DNA of 64,000 bases from an uncultured Methanoregulaceae archaeon. Lineage in GTDB: Archaea > Halobacteriota > Methanomicrobia > Methanomicrobiales > Methanospirillaceae. Positions 29,947 to 39,729 of the stretch are shown piece by piece. The stretch is taken from the NCBI GenBank assembly GCA_963841015.1, contig CAWJAX010000002.1, positions 256,001 through 320,000 on the forward strand, given 5' to 3'. Under the pieces are notes generated by a model. The model had not been told where the DNA came from and made no database searches. It saw nothing but the letters and a program-made list of their open reading frames with translations. Both the position numbers and the translations under genes were made by a program. Position 1 is the first letter of the stretch. Each line of letters opens with the position of its first letter.

Positions 29947-30433
29947 ATGCGAACCAACCGGCATCACTATTTTCTGGATCTGGCAACGCGGTGTGCACAC
30001 CAGGGCACCTGCCTGCGGCGTAACTTCGGGGCAATAATCGTTGATGAATACCATACGATCGTGTCCACGGGATATACGGGTGCCCCGCGAAAACAGATGG
30101 ATTGTACAGAACTCAATACCTGCTGGAGAAAAGACCATAATATTCCCTCGGGTTCCAACTATGAACGGTGCCGGAGCGTTCATGCCGAGATGAATGCGCT
30201 CCTCCAGGCAGGAAAGAACGCACGGGGATGCACGCTCTACCTCGCCGGATTTGATGTTGAGACAGATGAGCTGACCCAGATCTGGCCATGTTTCCTCTGT
30301 TCAAAAATGATCGTGAACAGTGGTATCACCAATGTCATATTACGGACAACCCGGGACAGCTGACAAGGAAATGGACCCGATGGTGCTTTACCAGATGCGG
30401 AGCAGGGAAGCGCTTGGGGACGATGCGAAGTAA
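29947..30433 (+). pseudogene. dCMP/cytidine deaminase family protein, with a +1 frameshift at 30362 near the C-terminus
   Basis: It contains STGYTGAP and the zinc motifs HAEMNA and PCFLC. Removing G30362 extends the ORF (YKEMDPMVLYQMRSREALGDDAK) to the TAA at 30433. Confidence 0.85.
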
Positions 30434-30439
30434 GGGCGT

Positions 30440-30482
30440 GCATTTTAAATTTCATTCAATAGAAAAGGAATTCTCCAGAGCC
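30440..30482 (+). repeat. 3' fragment of the dispersed repeat (copy F)
   Basis: gcattttaaatttcattcaatagaaaaggaattctccagagcc resembles 57799-57841 and 9291-9302. Confidence 0.6.
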
Positions 30483-30697
30483 TCAATATCGTAAGAAAAG
30501 CATCGGAAATGAACGTATGCGATCTGAACTGTAACTCTGATCATCCAGAGTATGCTTTACGATTCCCTGACCTGATGCCTGGTTCCCTGCGATATTAAGG
30601 TGACTTGTAAGAAATAATCTCATCATGCACAGCGCAGGTATTATTGAAAAGGTACACCCGAAGGCAAAATGAGAAAAAATGAAAAAATTTTGAAAAA

Positions 30698-30895
30698 TCA
30701 GAACCGGGGTTTCCGGTGTTTCGGGAGGCAATCCCTGCAATATACTGGCCTGCCCTCGGTTGGCTTGAATGGCACTTCGCATTCTTTGCCGCAGTCTGAA
30801 CAGGTTACTTTCGTCATTTCTCTTGGACCGGAGTCCCTTGGGCCGTAGTTTTTGGGGCCGCCATAATTGCTTGAACCATACATGGTATTACTCAT
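30698..30895 (-). CDS. CxxC-x17-CxxC zinc-ribbon small protein (start may be 30883)
   Basis: It contains REMTKVTCSDCGKECEVPFKPTEGRPVYCRDC and a Gly/Tyr-rich N-terminus. Confidence 0.92.
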   Translation of the reverse strand: MSNTMYGSSNYGGPKNYGPRDSGPREMTKVTCSDCGKECEVPFKPTEGRPVYCRDCLPKHRKPRF

Positions 30896-31280
30896 ACAGT
30901 ATAAAACTGTGCAAATCTATACGCCTCCTGAGCATAAGAACTTCTCTATTGCAGCCATTATTGGTACAGCACGGTATCCGGAGAGAATACCTGCACAATA
31001 ACTCAAATGCTCGCATTTTAATGCGATTTCCCTGATTTTTTTTACGGTCAGTGGTGGGAATACTGGTGCCGGAAATAATTAAAAAAAACGTATTTTTTAT
31101 GGAGCGGTTTTTCAGGTTTGTTTAACGGGTAATTTTCTCGGATTGAACTAAAGGAGATAGAGAATATAACTTCCTGGATTTGCCCGCGCAGATTGTACTT
31201 ACCGGTATGCTGCCAGGTCGTATATCGATACGGATCCCCGCAATTATTACCCTTGCGCTTCCCTTCGCAGTCAGCTGTCG

Positions 31281-31781
31281 TCATTTCTGCCTCATTTCAT
31301 GGTAGATAGATACCAGCGAGAGGCTGATCAGGTTCAGGGTTGTGGCAGCATACCACACGTAGAGTTCAAAGGGTGTGAGTGTGGTGATCCATCCTGACCA
31401 GAGCATTGCGCAGATTATCCCAAACGTAAGAAGCGTATCGATCGCAAGAAAGACCATCGGTTTATTAAAAATCCGTCCTGCCTGGGCAATGGTGCAGTAT
31501 TCAAACGGTGCGGGGCGGTGGATGAGGTCAAGTGTTGATCGGCCGATATTCATCAGGAGATCAGCGGCTGCCCAGAAGATAACCAGCCACCCAAAGACCA
31601 CAAGAAAAAGGTCATCAGGTGCACCTGCCCGGGTAGCTGCTACACCAAAAAGCAGCTTAAAAAAGCAAAAGGGAATGCCAATAGTGAAGCTCAAAAAAAA
31701 CGGGCGCCGGAAGAATTTCAAAATAGCATCAGCATCGTTTTCACCAGGATATTTTTCGGTTTCGCGGGTTTTTGATGCCAT
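31281..31781 (-). CDS. Hypothetical membrane protein
   Basis: It is a 166-aa ORF with about four TM segments that fills the gap between neighbouring genes. Confidence 0.72.
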   Translation of the reverse strand: MASKTRETEKYPGENDADAILKFFRRPFFLSFTIGIPFCFFKLLFGVAATRAGAPDDLFLVVFGWLVIFWAAADLLMNIGRSTLDLIHRPAPFEYCTIAQAGRIFNKPMVFLAIDTLLTFGIICAMLWSGWITTLTPFELYVWYAATTLNLISLSLVSIYHEMRQK

Positions 31782-31944
31782 AGTGTCACCGGGAGACGGC
31801 TGTCAGGTATACTATATCGGACTGATATTTAAGAACTGGGTGATAGTTCCGGTGCCCCATCGCTATAAAAAAAGCTTGTCGAAAAAGCCTTTTACCTTGC
31901 GGGATAAAATACTAGAGAAATCCTATCCAAAAAGGTGAACAGAC

Positions 31945-32358
31945 ATGGGAATTTTTGACAAACTGACCGGAAAACCAGCAACGCTCACATCAAAGTCAGC
32001 GCTTGTTGTCTCTGCAATTACTATCATTGCAGCTGATGGCGCGATCGACGAAGCAGAACTCAATGACCTTGCCAAAATTGTCCGCGGTGACAAAAAATCC
32101 ATTGATACTGCGATGCAGGTCATGAAAGAAAACCCCTTCCCCGGGGTAATTGACCTGGTGGTAAAAGCTCTTGATGAGAAGCAGAAGCTTGCTACACTTG
32201 CTATCCTGTGCGATATTGCCATGTCCGATGGCGTCCTTGCCGGAGAGGAAAAGAAGATTCTGCAGATGTATATGGACAAGTTTGGCGTCTCTGAGGCAAA
32301 GCTTGCACCGATCATCGATGCTATCTCCATCAAGAACAACTTCTCAATCTTCGCTTAA
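31945..32358 (+). CDS. TerB-like (tellurite resistance) protein
   Basis: It contains two TerB-type motifs, AADGAIDEAE and AMSDGVLAGEE, and follows an AGGTGA ribosome-binding site. Confidence 0.85.
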   Translation: MGIFDKLTGKPATLTSKSALVVSAITIIAADGAIDEAELNDLAKIVRGDKKSIDTAMQVMKENPFPGVIDLVVKALDEKQKLATLAILCDIAMSDGVLAGEEKKILQMYMDKFGVSEAKLAPIIDAISIKNNFSIFA

Positions 32359-32513
32359 TCTTTTTCTTTTTTTCACAGGATTTGTTCTGCCGCCTCATCA
32401 TGACTTCCGGTGTGGAGGTAAATGGGGGTCTGCAAACGCCGCTCGTTCCTGGGTACCGTATTGATTTTTTTTATCGCAAAAAAGATTATCAGAGCCAAAA
32501 ATGTGCTCCGGTG

Positions 32514-32843
32514 TTATATCTTTGACTGATCGTACCCTTTTTGTATCCCTGTAGGGTGTGACTTGATATTGCCTCTGCTGCTGCGGTAATATTTCCGGTT
32601 TTTCTCCATCGGGTTTGTGGTATCTGACTGTGCTGCAGAACACTGGTTTGATTCGGATTGTATGGCAAGGAAGCAGTCTACCGGATTTTTATCCCCTTCA
32701 CAGGTTTTGGTTTTATAATCCTCACAATCATTGCAGGCTGGCACGTGGGATACCAGCACCAGGGGAAAGTGCGCGGTCCAGAGCGTGGCGTCAATTTTGC
32801 CCTCGCTCAGGAATTTTCGTACGTGTCGTGCAGTATATTTCAT
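32514..32843 (-). CDS. Hypothetical Cys-containing protein
   Basis: It is an ORF containing CNDC-x7-C-x8-C. No family was recognised. Confidence 0.5.
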   Translation of the reverse strand: MKYTARHVRKFLSEGKIDATLWTAHFPLVLVSHVPACNDCEDYKTKTCEGDKNPVDCFLAIQSESNQCSAAQSDTTNPMEKNRKYYRSSRGNIKSHPTGIQKGYDQSKI

Positions 32844-32954
32844 GAGTAAGAATGGACCATTGCGCATCATATCAGTATGTAATGGGGAAGAACTGAACAG
32901 AGTGGGGTTATGGGGGACAATAAAGGAAGTATTTTTTAAAAAGAACTATGCAAC

Positions 32955-34490
32955 TTACCTTTTCGCCCTGCCAGTACATTCGAAATCGATGAAACCGTTA
33001 TACGGGTCCGTCTTCAACAGGCGCACCCGTACCTTCTGGCCAACAGTAAGCCCCCGTTCGCCTCGTAAAACCCGGCCTTCAGCCGGCGGTGTAATGAGCC
33101 TGACATAGGTCCCCTTTTCCGAAGCGCCGGTAACGAGTGCATCAAAGGATTCACCGATCCTGGGCTGAAGGAGAACTGCTGCTGCGGCTTTTCTCATGAA
33201 ACGCTCTACTTTTTTGGATCCTTTTTCCCGGCTTGTCAGCCAGGCTGAAAGGTCTTCAAGCTCTTCCCGGGAGTAGGGGCTGGGAACCTTGTCGAGGACC
33301 GACTTCAAGAGACGCTGGTTGATAAGATCGACATAACGCCTGTTCGGAGCGGTAGCGTGTGTATAATCGGTTACTGCGAGACTGAAATGGCCGTATGGCT
33401 CATTACCTGGCTCGAGCATCATGTATTCGCCTGGTCCGAGAAGTTTAATTACGGTAAGGGACAAGTCCGGGAAACGCTCGGGGTCAGCTGCTTTTTGCCT
33501 GATTAAAAATTTAGCAAGCGCTTTTGCATCCGGCTCAGCAGGAAGTTTCTCACCATAGATCGCGGCGGTAGTAACGATCTCCTCCCAGTATTTTGGGATA
33601 CGGACAACCCGCTGTATCATGGGGATACCGGCGTTGCCAAGGAAGTTCACCATAGTACCATTGGCTGCTACCATGAGTTCCTCTATCAGGCACCGCGCCA
33701 TGTTCTGCCTCTGGATGATAAGGTCTCTCACCAGGCCATCCTCCTCCACGACAGCCTGGGCTTCAATGGTGTTTAATTCAAGCGCACCCTGCTCCCTCCG
33801 CTTTTTTTTCAGGCGCCTGATTGCCTCTGTCTGCAGGAGAAGTTGTTCTTTTAACCCAGAAACGTCCCCAACAATCGCAGGTACAGGTGATTTTCCTTCA
33901 AGCCAGTCGCCGGTTTCTTCATAAACAAGTTTTGCCTTGTTGGCTACGACAGCCCGATAAATATTTCCAGGGCGGAAGTTACCATCGGAGAGTACGGTGT
34001 ATTCAATGACGGTTGCCAGATGATCAGTTCCTGGAAGAAGGGAGGTCATGCCTTTGGAGAGCCTGTCCGGCAGCATCGGGAACGTCTCAACGCCGGTATA
34101 TACCGAGGTTCCGTTATGGGCAGCATGCTGGTCGGTCTTCGAGTGTCTCGGGACGTAGGAATCGACATCCGCAATTGCTATCTTTACCTGTATCTCTCCG
34201 CTCTGGCCGGGTTCGCAGTATTCCAGCTGGTCAAGGTCCATGGAGTCGTGGTTGTCGATGGATGACCAGAGGAGCATGCGCAGGTCCTGGGTTTCTTTCC
34301 GGTCGGCGGGGAACGCTTTTTCCGGAAGTGCATTTACTTCTCGGACAACGGCATCCGGGAACCGGGGTTCAAAACCGTATTTCCTCATTGTATTCCCGGC
34401 AATGGCTTTCAGGTCAATGGGGTGGCGGGTTTTCATTTTTGATTGGTAGGGATTTGTTTTGGGGGTATAATTATCTCTTGGCTTTTCCAC
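32955..34490 (-). CDS. RNase II/R family (RNB domain) exoribonuclease (start may be 34436)
   Basis: It contains SIDNHDSMDLDQ, IAIADV, IEELMVAAN, HFSLA..YTHATAPNRRYVDL and a C-terminal S1-like domain. Confidence 0.92.
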   Translation of the reverse strand: MEKPRDNYTPKTNPYQSKMKTRHPIDLKAIAGNTMRKYGFEPRFPDAVVREVNALPEKAFPADRKETQDLRMLLWSSIDNHDSMDLDQLEYCEPGQSGEIQVKIAIADVDSYVPRHSKTDQHAAHNGTSVYTGVETFPMLPDRLSKGMTSLLPGTDHLATVIEYTVLSDGNFRPGNIYRAVVANKAKLVYEETGDWLEGKSPVPAIVGDVSGLKEQLLLQTEAIRRLKKKRREQGALELNTIEAQAVVEEDGLVRDLIIQRQNMARCLIEELMVAANGTMVNFLGNAGIPMIQRVVRIPKYWEEIVTTAAIYGEKLPAEPDAKALAKFLIRQKAADPERFPDLSLTVIKLLGPGEYMMLEPGNEPYGHFSLAVTDYTHATAPNRRYVDLINQRLLKSVLDKVPSPYSREELEDLSAWLTSREKGSKKVERFMRKAAAAVLLQPRIGESFDALVTGASEKGTYVRLITPPAEGRVLRGERGLTVGQKVRVRLLKTDPYNGFIDFECTGRAKR

Positions 34491-35365
34491 AGGTAACTAT
34501 TGTGAGCTCCGGAAATAACTGCATTATGAAAACGTAACCTGAATGGGACGTAGGCGCATTTCTCATTTTTGTATATGCGCTGTTCCTGCCATGTTCCACT
34601 ACGGTCAGGGATCACAATTTCAAAGTCTCCATAGGAGAATGTCAGGAAAATGGCCTTTTTATATAAACTTACCGGGAGTTTATATCGATCTCCCGCTGCC
34701 CTTTTTTGTCCTCTGGTGCTATCAACAGGTGTCTGATGTTTATTTCCCGTCGTCCGCCCTTCTGCATTTTTTCAGGTAATCGTGAAGCCGTGATACTTCC
34801 AGATTTGCATTCCGGCACGCGATGATACTTCCCGGATATAATTGATCACACCAAAGAAAACCCGGATCAGGATAGTCAGGACAAAGAATGTGTGAGAAAA
34901 GAGCATGAAATGAAGGGATAAATTCTGCAGCCGGCATACTGCTTTGGGGATTTTATCCTGTTATGTTGATTATTCAGCCAATCCGGCAATTTGATAATCT
35001 TTTTATACCCCTTTCCTTCCACTGGAGCGGACGATATATAAAGCCCCAAACCGTCCAAAAGCTCTGTATTCACGATTGTTATACCCGTTTGTTTTGCAAA
35101 ACCATGTCCCTGGGTTCTGGAAGGGAAATTACATCACATCCTTTCCGCAATTCATCTCCTGAATCTGGCATTATGCGCCCGAAATTAAAATCCATCAACA
35201 TCTATGCGTATTTCCAGTAGAAAACACTGGGTTTTTCATGACCGGGAATAATTCGATTTGCACCAAGAAAAAAATCCCTTTTGGTGCAGGTATAATGCAG
35301 GAAAACAGATTAAATCTCATCTTGATATTTGTCTGATTGCGGTAATCAAAAAAAAATGATGCAGA

Positions 35366-36064
35366 TCATGCAGGTGAACTGGTATCCTCAAACAGGTATT
35401 TCCAGACAACCGCTGCAATTACCGCTCCGATGACGGGAGCAACAAGGAACAGCCAGAGTTGTGAAAGTGCGGTACCTCCGGCAACCACGGCGGGTCCAAG
35501 GCTTCGTGCGGGATTCACTGAAGTACCGGTAACAGGGATAGTTACCATATGAATCATGGCGAGCGAAAGCCCGATTGCTATCCCGGCAAAACCGGCAGGT
35601 GCCTTCCTGCTTGTTGCCCCAAAAATGACCATAAGGAAAATAAAGGTCGTAACCACTTCAGCGATACAAGCTGATGTCAGGGAATACCCTCCAAGGTAAT
35701 CTGCACCGTAACCATTTGCTCCAAGGTTAGCAGGTGCAACCTGATACCCGGGAAGTCCGGTCATAATGGCGAGAAGCAGTGCTGATGCAACGATCGCCCC
35801 GATACACTGGACAATGATGTAGCCTATTGCATCTTTTGGGGGAATTTTACCGTTGATAAGCATTGCAATAGTGATTGCGGGGTTAATATGACATCCCGAG
35901 ATCTGGCCGATAGCATATACCATAACGAGGACGGACAGACCAAAAGTCAGAGCAATTCCCAGAACGCCGATCTCTTTTCCGGCTATAACAGCGCTTCCTG
36001 TTCCTATGAATACCAGGACAAAGGTTCCCAGGAATTCAGCCAGGTACTTCTTCCTGTCGCTCAT
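35366..36064 (-). CDS. aqpZ: Aquaporin (MIP family)
   Basis: It has two NPA motifs (SGCHINPA, TGTSVNPARS), AEFLGTF and a GGAGG ribosome-binding site before the ATG at 36064. Confidence 0.93.
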   Translation of the reverse strand: MSDRKKYLAEFLGTFVLVFIGTGSAVIAGKEIGVLGIALTFGLSVLVMVYAIGQISGCHINPAITIAMLINGKIPPKDAIGYIIVQCIGAIVASALLLAIMTGLPGYQVAPANLGANGYGADYLGGYSLTSACIAEVVTTFIFLMVIFGATSRKAPAGFAGIAIGLSLAMIHMVTIPVTGTSVNPARSLGPAVVAGGTALSQLWLFLVAPVIGAVIAAVVWKYLFEDTSSPA

Positions 36065-36216
36065 ATCGAAACCTCCCAAATATTTTGGTTAATAATACCG
36101 ATGCGATATTGTCAACGTTTATATTGATACAGATATCGCAGGATTCGGGCAGCTTTTATCCCTATTCAGAATACTCTAATGTCAGGAAGATAACAGTTAT
36201 ACAAACGAAAGGTGAA

Positions 36217-37167
36217 ATGAAAAAAAATCTCCCCATGACAAAACCATTGAAAACAACTCCCCATGCAGGCCCCTTCCTGAAATGGGCGGGTGGCAAGACA
36301 CAGTTACTCAGGCAGTTGAGCCTACGTCTTCCCCATGAGATAAAAAACGGGGAGATTACACGCTATGTTGAGCCGTTCGTTGGTGGTGGAGCGATGTTTT
36401 TTTATCTTCACCGGAGATTTCCTTTTACCCATAGCACCATTTTCGATGCCAATGAAGAACTCATTCTCATCTGGCGTGTAATAAAAAAATCCCCAAAAAA
36501 ACTGGTCTACGAATTGGAATTACTCGAATCAGCGTATACATCGAAAAGTAATGAAGACAAGGAACGCTTTTACTATCACGTACGGGATTCTTTCAATGAA
36601 AAAAAGCCGGAGATACACTTTCACACCTATGATGCTGAATGGGTAACGAGAGCTGCACAAAGTATCTTTCTCAACCATACCTGCTTCAATGGTCTCTTTC
36701 GCATGAACAGGAAAGGTGAATTCAATGTCCCGTTTGGCAGGTACAAAAATCCCCGGATTCTGAACAAAGATAATCTCCATGATGTTGCTGCTCTGCTAAA
36801 AACGACAACAATTCTTTCGGGTGATTTTACCCGATGCAAAAAATTTGTTGATACCACGACTTTTGTATACCTTGATCCACCCTACCGTCCGCTTAATGAT
36901 ACGTCTTCTTTCACCACCTATTCAAAGGACGGTTTCTCTGATACTGATCAGCGAAGGCTTGCAGAATTCTTTAAAGAACTCGATAAGGAAGGGGCAAAAA
37001 TCATGCTCAGCAATTCAGATCCCAGAAATGAGAATTCCCATGATTCATTCTTTGATGATCTGTATGCGGGTTATACAATTGAACGTGTCCCGGCAAAACG
37101 CATTATCAACTGCAATGGTGCCCGTCGTGGGGAGATCAATGAATTGATAATTACGAACTACCGGTGA
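36217..37167 (+). CDS. dam: Dam-family (D12 class) DNA adenine methyltransferase, orphan
   Basis: It contains PFLKWAGGK, EPFVGGG, FNGLFRMN..GEFNVPFG, YLDPPY and MLSNS. GGTGA precedes the ATG at 36217. Confidence 0.93.
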   Translation: MKKNLPMTKPLKTTPHAGPFLKWAGGKTQLLRQLSLRLPHEIKNGEITRYVEPFVGGGAMFFYLHRRFPFTHSTIFDANEELILIWRVIKKSPKKLVYELELLESAYTSKSNEDKERFYYHVRDSFNEKKPEIHFHTYDAEWVTRAAQSIFLNHTCFNGLFRMNRKGEFNVPFGRYKNPRILNKDNLHDVAALLKTTTILSGDFTRCKKFVDTTTFVYLDPPYRPLNDTSSFTTYSKDGFSDTDQRRLAEFFKELDKEGAKIMLSNSDPRNENSHDSFFDDLYAGYTIERVPAKRIINCNGARRGEINELIITNYR

Positions 37168-37503
37168 TACACGGAAGAAGTAAATATCGGATTTTATTTT
37201 TTTAAAATATGCACAAGTATAGAAACGTCCCGTTCCTGTATCTCACTTCCTCTTTTCGAGGACCGTTATAACCTCCTCGTTCCGTAAACAGGAACATAAA
37301 AGCGGGTTCTTTTGTATACCGTCCGGTTTCCTGATGTGCGTTTGTCAACTGAATCGATTCATGTCCCTTTTTAAAAGAATCCTCGCGATTGAATCTTTTC
37401 TTACAGGACTTCTGCACTTTCACGCACTTTCACGCTTCGTATGCCATGCATTGATATTCCTGTGAAGGACTCTTTTTTGAATATGCTGTCTCAAACCGGA
37501 ATA

Positions 37504-37659
37504 ATGGAAAAACCAATCACACACGAAAGCAGGAAAACCATCCAGATACGGAAAAAAATCAAAGAAATATTTGGGTCGGATTGTTTCATGAATGACGATA
37601 TGTTATTAAAGCGCTATACCATCACCAGCGATGGCGAATTAATCGTCATAGTGAAGTGA
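37504..37659 (+). CDS. Hypothetical 51-aa microprotein (paralogue of 10975-11136)
   Basis: MEKPITHESRKTIQIRKKIKEIFGSDCFMNDDMLLKRYTITSDGELIVIVK shares 11 of 32 residues without gaps with the 11136 ORF. Confidence 0.6.
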   Translation: MEKPITHESRKTIQIRKKIKEIFGSDCFMNDDMLLKRYTITSDGELIVIVK

Positions 37660-37872
37660 ACAGTGTCACAAGAGAAATGTGCTCAGGTCGATCATATGTC
37701 TCAAACCCTCTTTCCCTTCAGGATACATAATCGGTAATGCCGCCCGGTCAGCAGCAGATGAATCATGAATCGAGGGGCACTTTTTCGTTGACCATTTTTG
37801 TGCATGAGCCAAAATAACGCAGGATACCCAAATATTAACAAAATCTCACGGCATACCTTCATTCGCTGAAAA

Positions 37873-38676
37873 ATGGTGAAAAAACACTACCCGTTCCTGA
37901 TATCAGTTCCTCACGGAGGTACAGAAGTTCCTGATACCGTCCGCCCACTCTTGCTTCTCGATAATGACGATCTCTGTTATTATTGCGATCCCTGTACCCG
38001 GATAATATTCGGATTTGAAGACCGGGTAGCAGCCTATCTTGATAGTCCTGTTTCAAGGATGGTTGTTGACCTCAACCGCCCCCCCTTACCGCTTCCCCTC
38101 CGCGATCCTGACGGAATTATCAAAGTGAGGACAATTGATGGCAGAAATGTGTACCGTCCCGGGATGGTGCCGGATATGAATCTCATCCATCACCTTCTCA
38201 TGACCTGGTATTTTCCCTATCACCAGCGAATAGATGAGCTTATCGACCGGCAGCCTGTCAGGATTGCATTTGACTGCCATTCGATGCTCCCGTATGGTTC
38301 TGCCGACCAGAAGGATGCCGGCAAATCACGTCCGTTAATCTGTCTTGGAAACAATGGTGACCGGCAGGGCAGGGCCAGAAAAGGAAGTATCGCCACCTGT
38401 CCCGTGGAGTTTATCACAACCCTTTCGGATGTATTTAAAGAGGAGTTTTCTTTTGACAGGGAGGTGGCAATCAATAATCCTTTCTCCGGTGGTTTTATCG
38501 CAAACGCACATTTCTGGCACAAGGGAATCCCCTGGATCCAGATCGAAATAAATCGTTCGCTCTATGAACCTGACGGCTCTTCTGTTCATCCCCCCACAGA
38601 GTCAGACGATCAGGTTACCCGGCTCAGGGAAAAGATCTGGAAGGTATTAACTACCTTCTGGAACCGTGTCGGATAA
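37873..38676 (+). CDS. N-formylglutamate amidohydrolase family
   Basis: It contains ISVPHGG, SRMVVDLNR, YFPYH, DCHSM, NNPFSGGFI and IQIEINRSLY. Confidence 0.92.
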   Translation: MVKKHYPFLISVPHGGTEVPDTVRPLLLLDNDDLCYYCDPCTRIIFGFEDRVAAYLDSPVSRMVVDLNRPPLPLPLRDPDGIIKVRTIDGRNVYRPGMVPDMNLIHHLLMTWYFPYHQRIDELIDRQPVRIAFDCHSMLPYGSADQKDAGKSRPLICLGNNGDRQGRARKGSIATCPVEFITTLSDVFKEEFSFDREVAINNPFSGGFIANAHFWHKGIPWIQIEINRSLYEPDGSSVHPPTESDDQVTRLREKIWKVLTTFWNRVG

Positions 38677-38860
38677 CCAACCAGAGTATCGCTTATCGGG
38701 AAACTCTAAATTTCTTTGACGGTGTTGTGCAATAAAGAACGAACCGACAATGCCGTTATTTGCCCTGCCAGGTCTTGCTTACTCCGGGTAATGGAGAAGG
38801 AACAACAATACGGCTGAGCATCAAAAATATGAAAACGGTGATACCAGAATTATTGAAGCG

Positions 38861-39670
38861 TTAGTTCCGTATCCGGTGCTTCTCGAGACGACCATCATAA
38901 TATACCATGACCGTGATCTCATCTCCCCGTTTAAACCTCCTCAACCGGTCATCGTATACCTTCTGCACGTGACGGAGACGGTGACGGCTGAAATAAACCT
39001 GCATGAATTCGAGAAACTGAATTTCATGCGTGAGGAACGCATTCTCGTATTCCTTAGTCTCGCGGGCGAGATGGAGGCTCTCCTCCTCAGAAATGACCGT
39101 GCCATACTCCCCATGCTGATCAAGCCCGGAGAACTGACGCCAGTCAATCTTCCCCTGATTATCAGGTTCTCGGTGGAGCATATACGGGTAAATGCGGCAG
39201 ATGGTAAAACGGCGGTCATAAATCCGGCACCTGCCATTTTCCAGAAACCAGCAGGATACGGTATCGTCCTCCTGTGTCCGTACTGCATAACCGGAAACAT
39301 AGAAAATGCCATTCTGGTCGCAAAATTCCGGTGCAGGGGCAGGTTCGAGAGAAGAAGGATCAAGGGCTTTTACCACGGTTACGTCCCGATCGAGCAGGAA
39401 TACATGACCGTTAAATGACCGGGTACAGCACTTCGCGCACGATGTACACCGAAACCCTATCTCCTTAATAATCCCGGCGAGACGCTCTACAGGGTATTCA
39501 AAAAGGCTGTTGCGTTCCTGTGTCAACACAGCGATGCGATAAGGAATTGGAGTTAAGGAAACGGGGATCACCTCACCGGCATTACCAGAATCTGTGGCGG
39601 CGCACCTTATTGCTTTTGCGAGAGTATCCGTGCTGTGCAGCTCAAAAGTATCCTCTGGCATCTGAATCAT
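38861..39670 (-). CDS. YkgJ family cysteine-cluster protein
   Basis: It contains GFRCTSCAKCC, CWFL and CRIYDRRFTICRIYPY. Confidence 0.88.
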   Translation of the reverse strand: MIQMPEDTFELHSTDTLAKAIRCAATDSGNAGEVIPVSLTPIPYRIAVLTQERNSLFEYPVERLAGIIKEIGFRCTSCAKCCTRSFNGHVFLLDRDVTVVKALDPSSLEPAPAPEFCDQNGIFYVSGYAVRTQEDDTVSCWFLENGRCRIYDRRFTICRIYPYMLHREPDNQGKIDWRQFSGLDQHGEYGTVISEEESLHLARETKEYENAFLTHEIQFLEFMQVYFSRHRLRHVQKVYDDRLRRFKRGDEITVMVYYDGRLEKHRIRN

Positions 39671-39729
39671 TTTTTAAAAATTCATAGAACAGCACAGCAT
39701 TTTAGTCTTCATACGTGATAGTAAGCCTG

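Noticed and set aside
29824-30183. 120-aa N-terminal extension of the GyrI-like ORF
   Set aside because: It overlaps the deaminase gene antisense and the promoter gap. The domain starts at 29823.
34740-35220. Short ORFs 34740-34937, 34876-35073 and 34963-35220
   Set aside because: They overlap one another and have no motifs or convincing ribosome-binding sites.
37414-37435. Tandem GCACTTTCAC duplication
   Set aside because: There are only two units, consistent with replication slippage.
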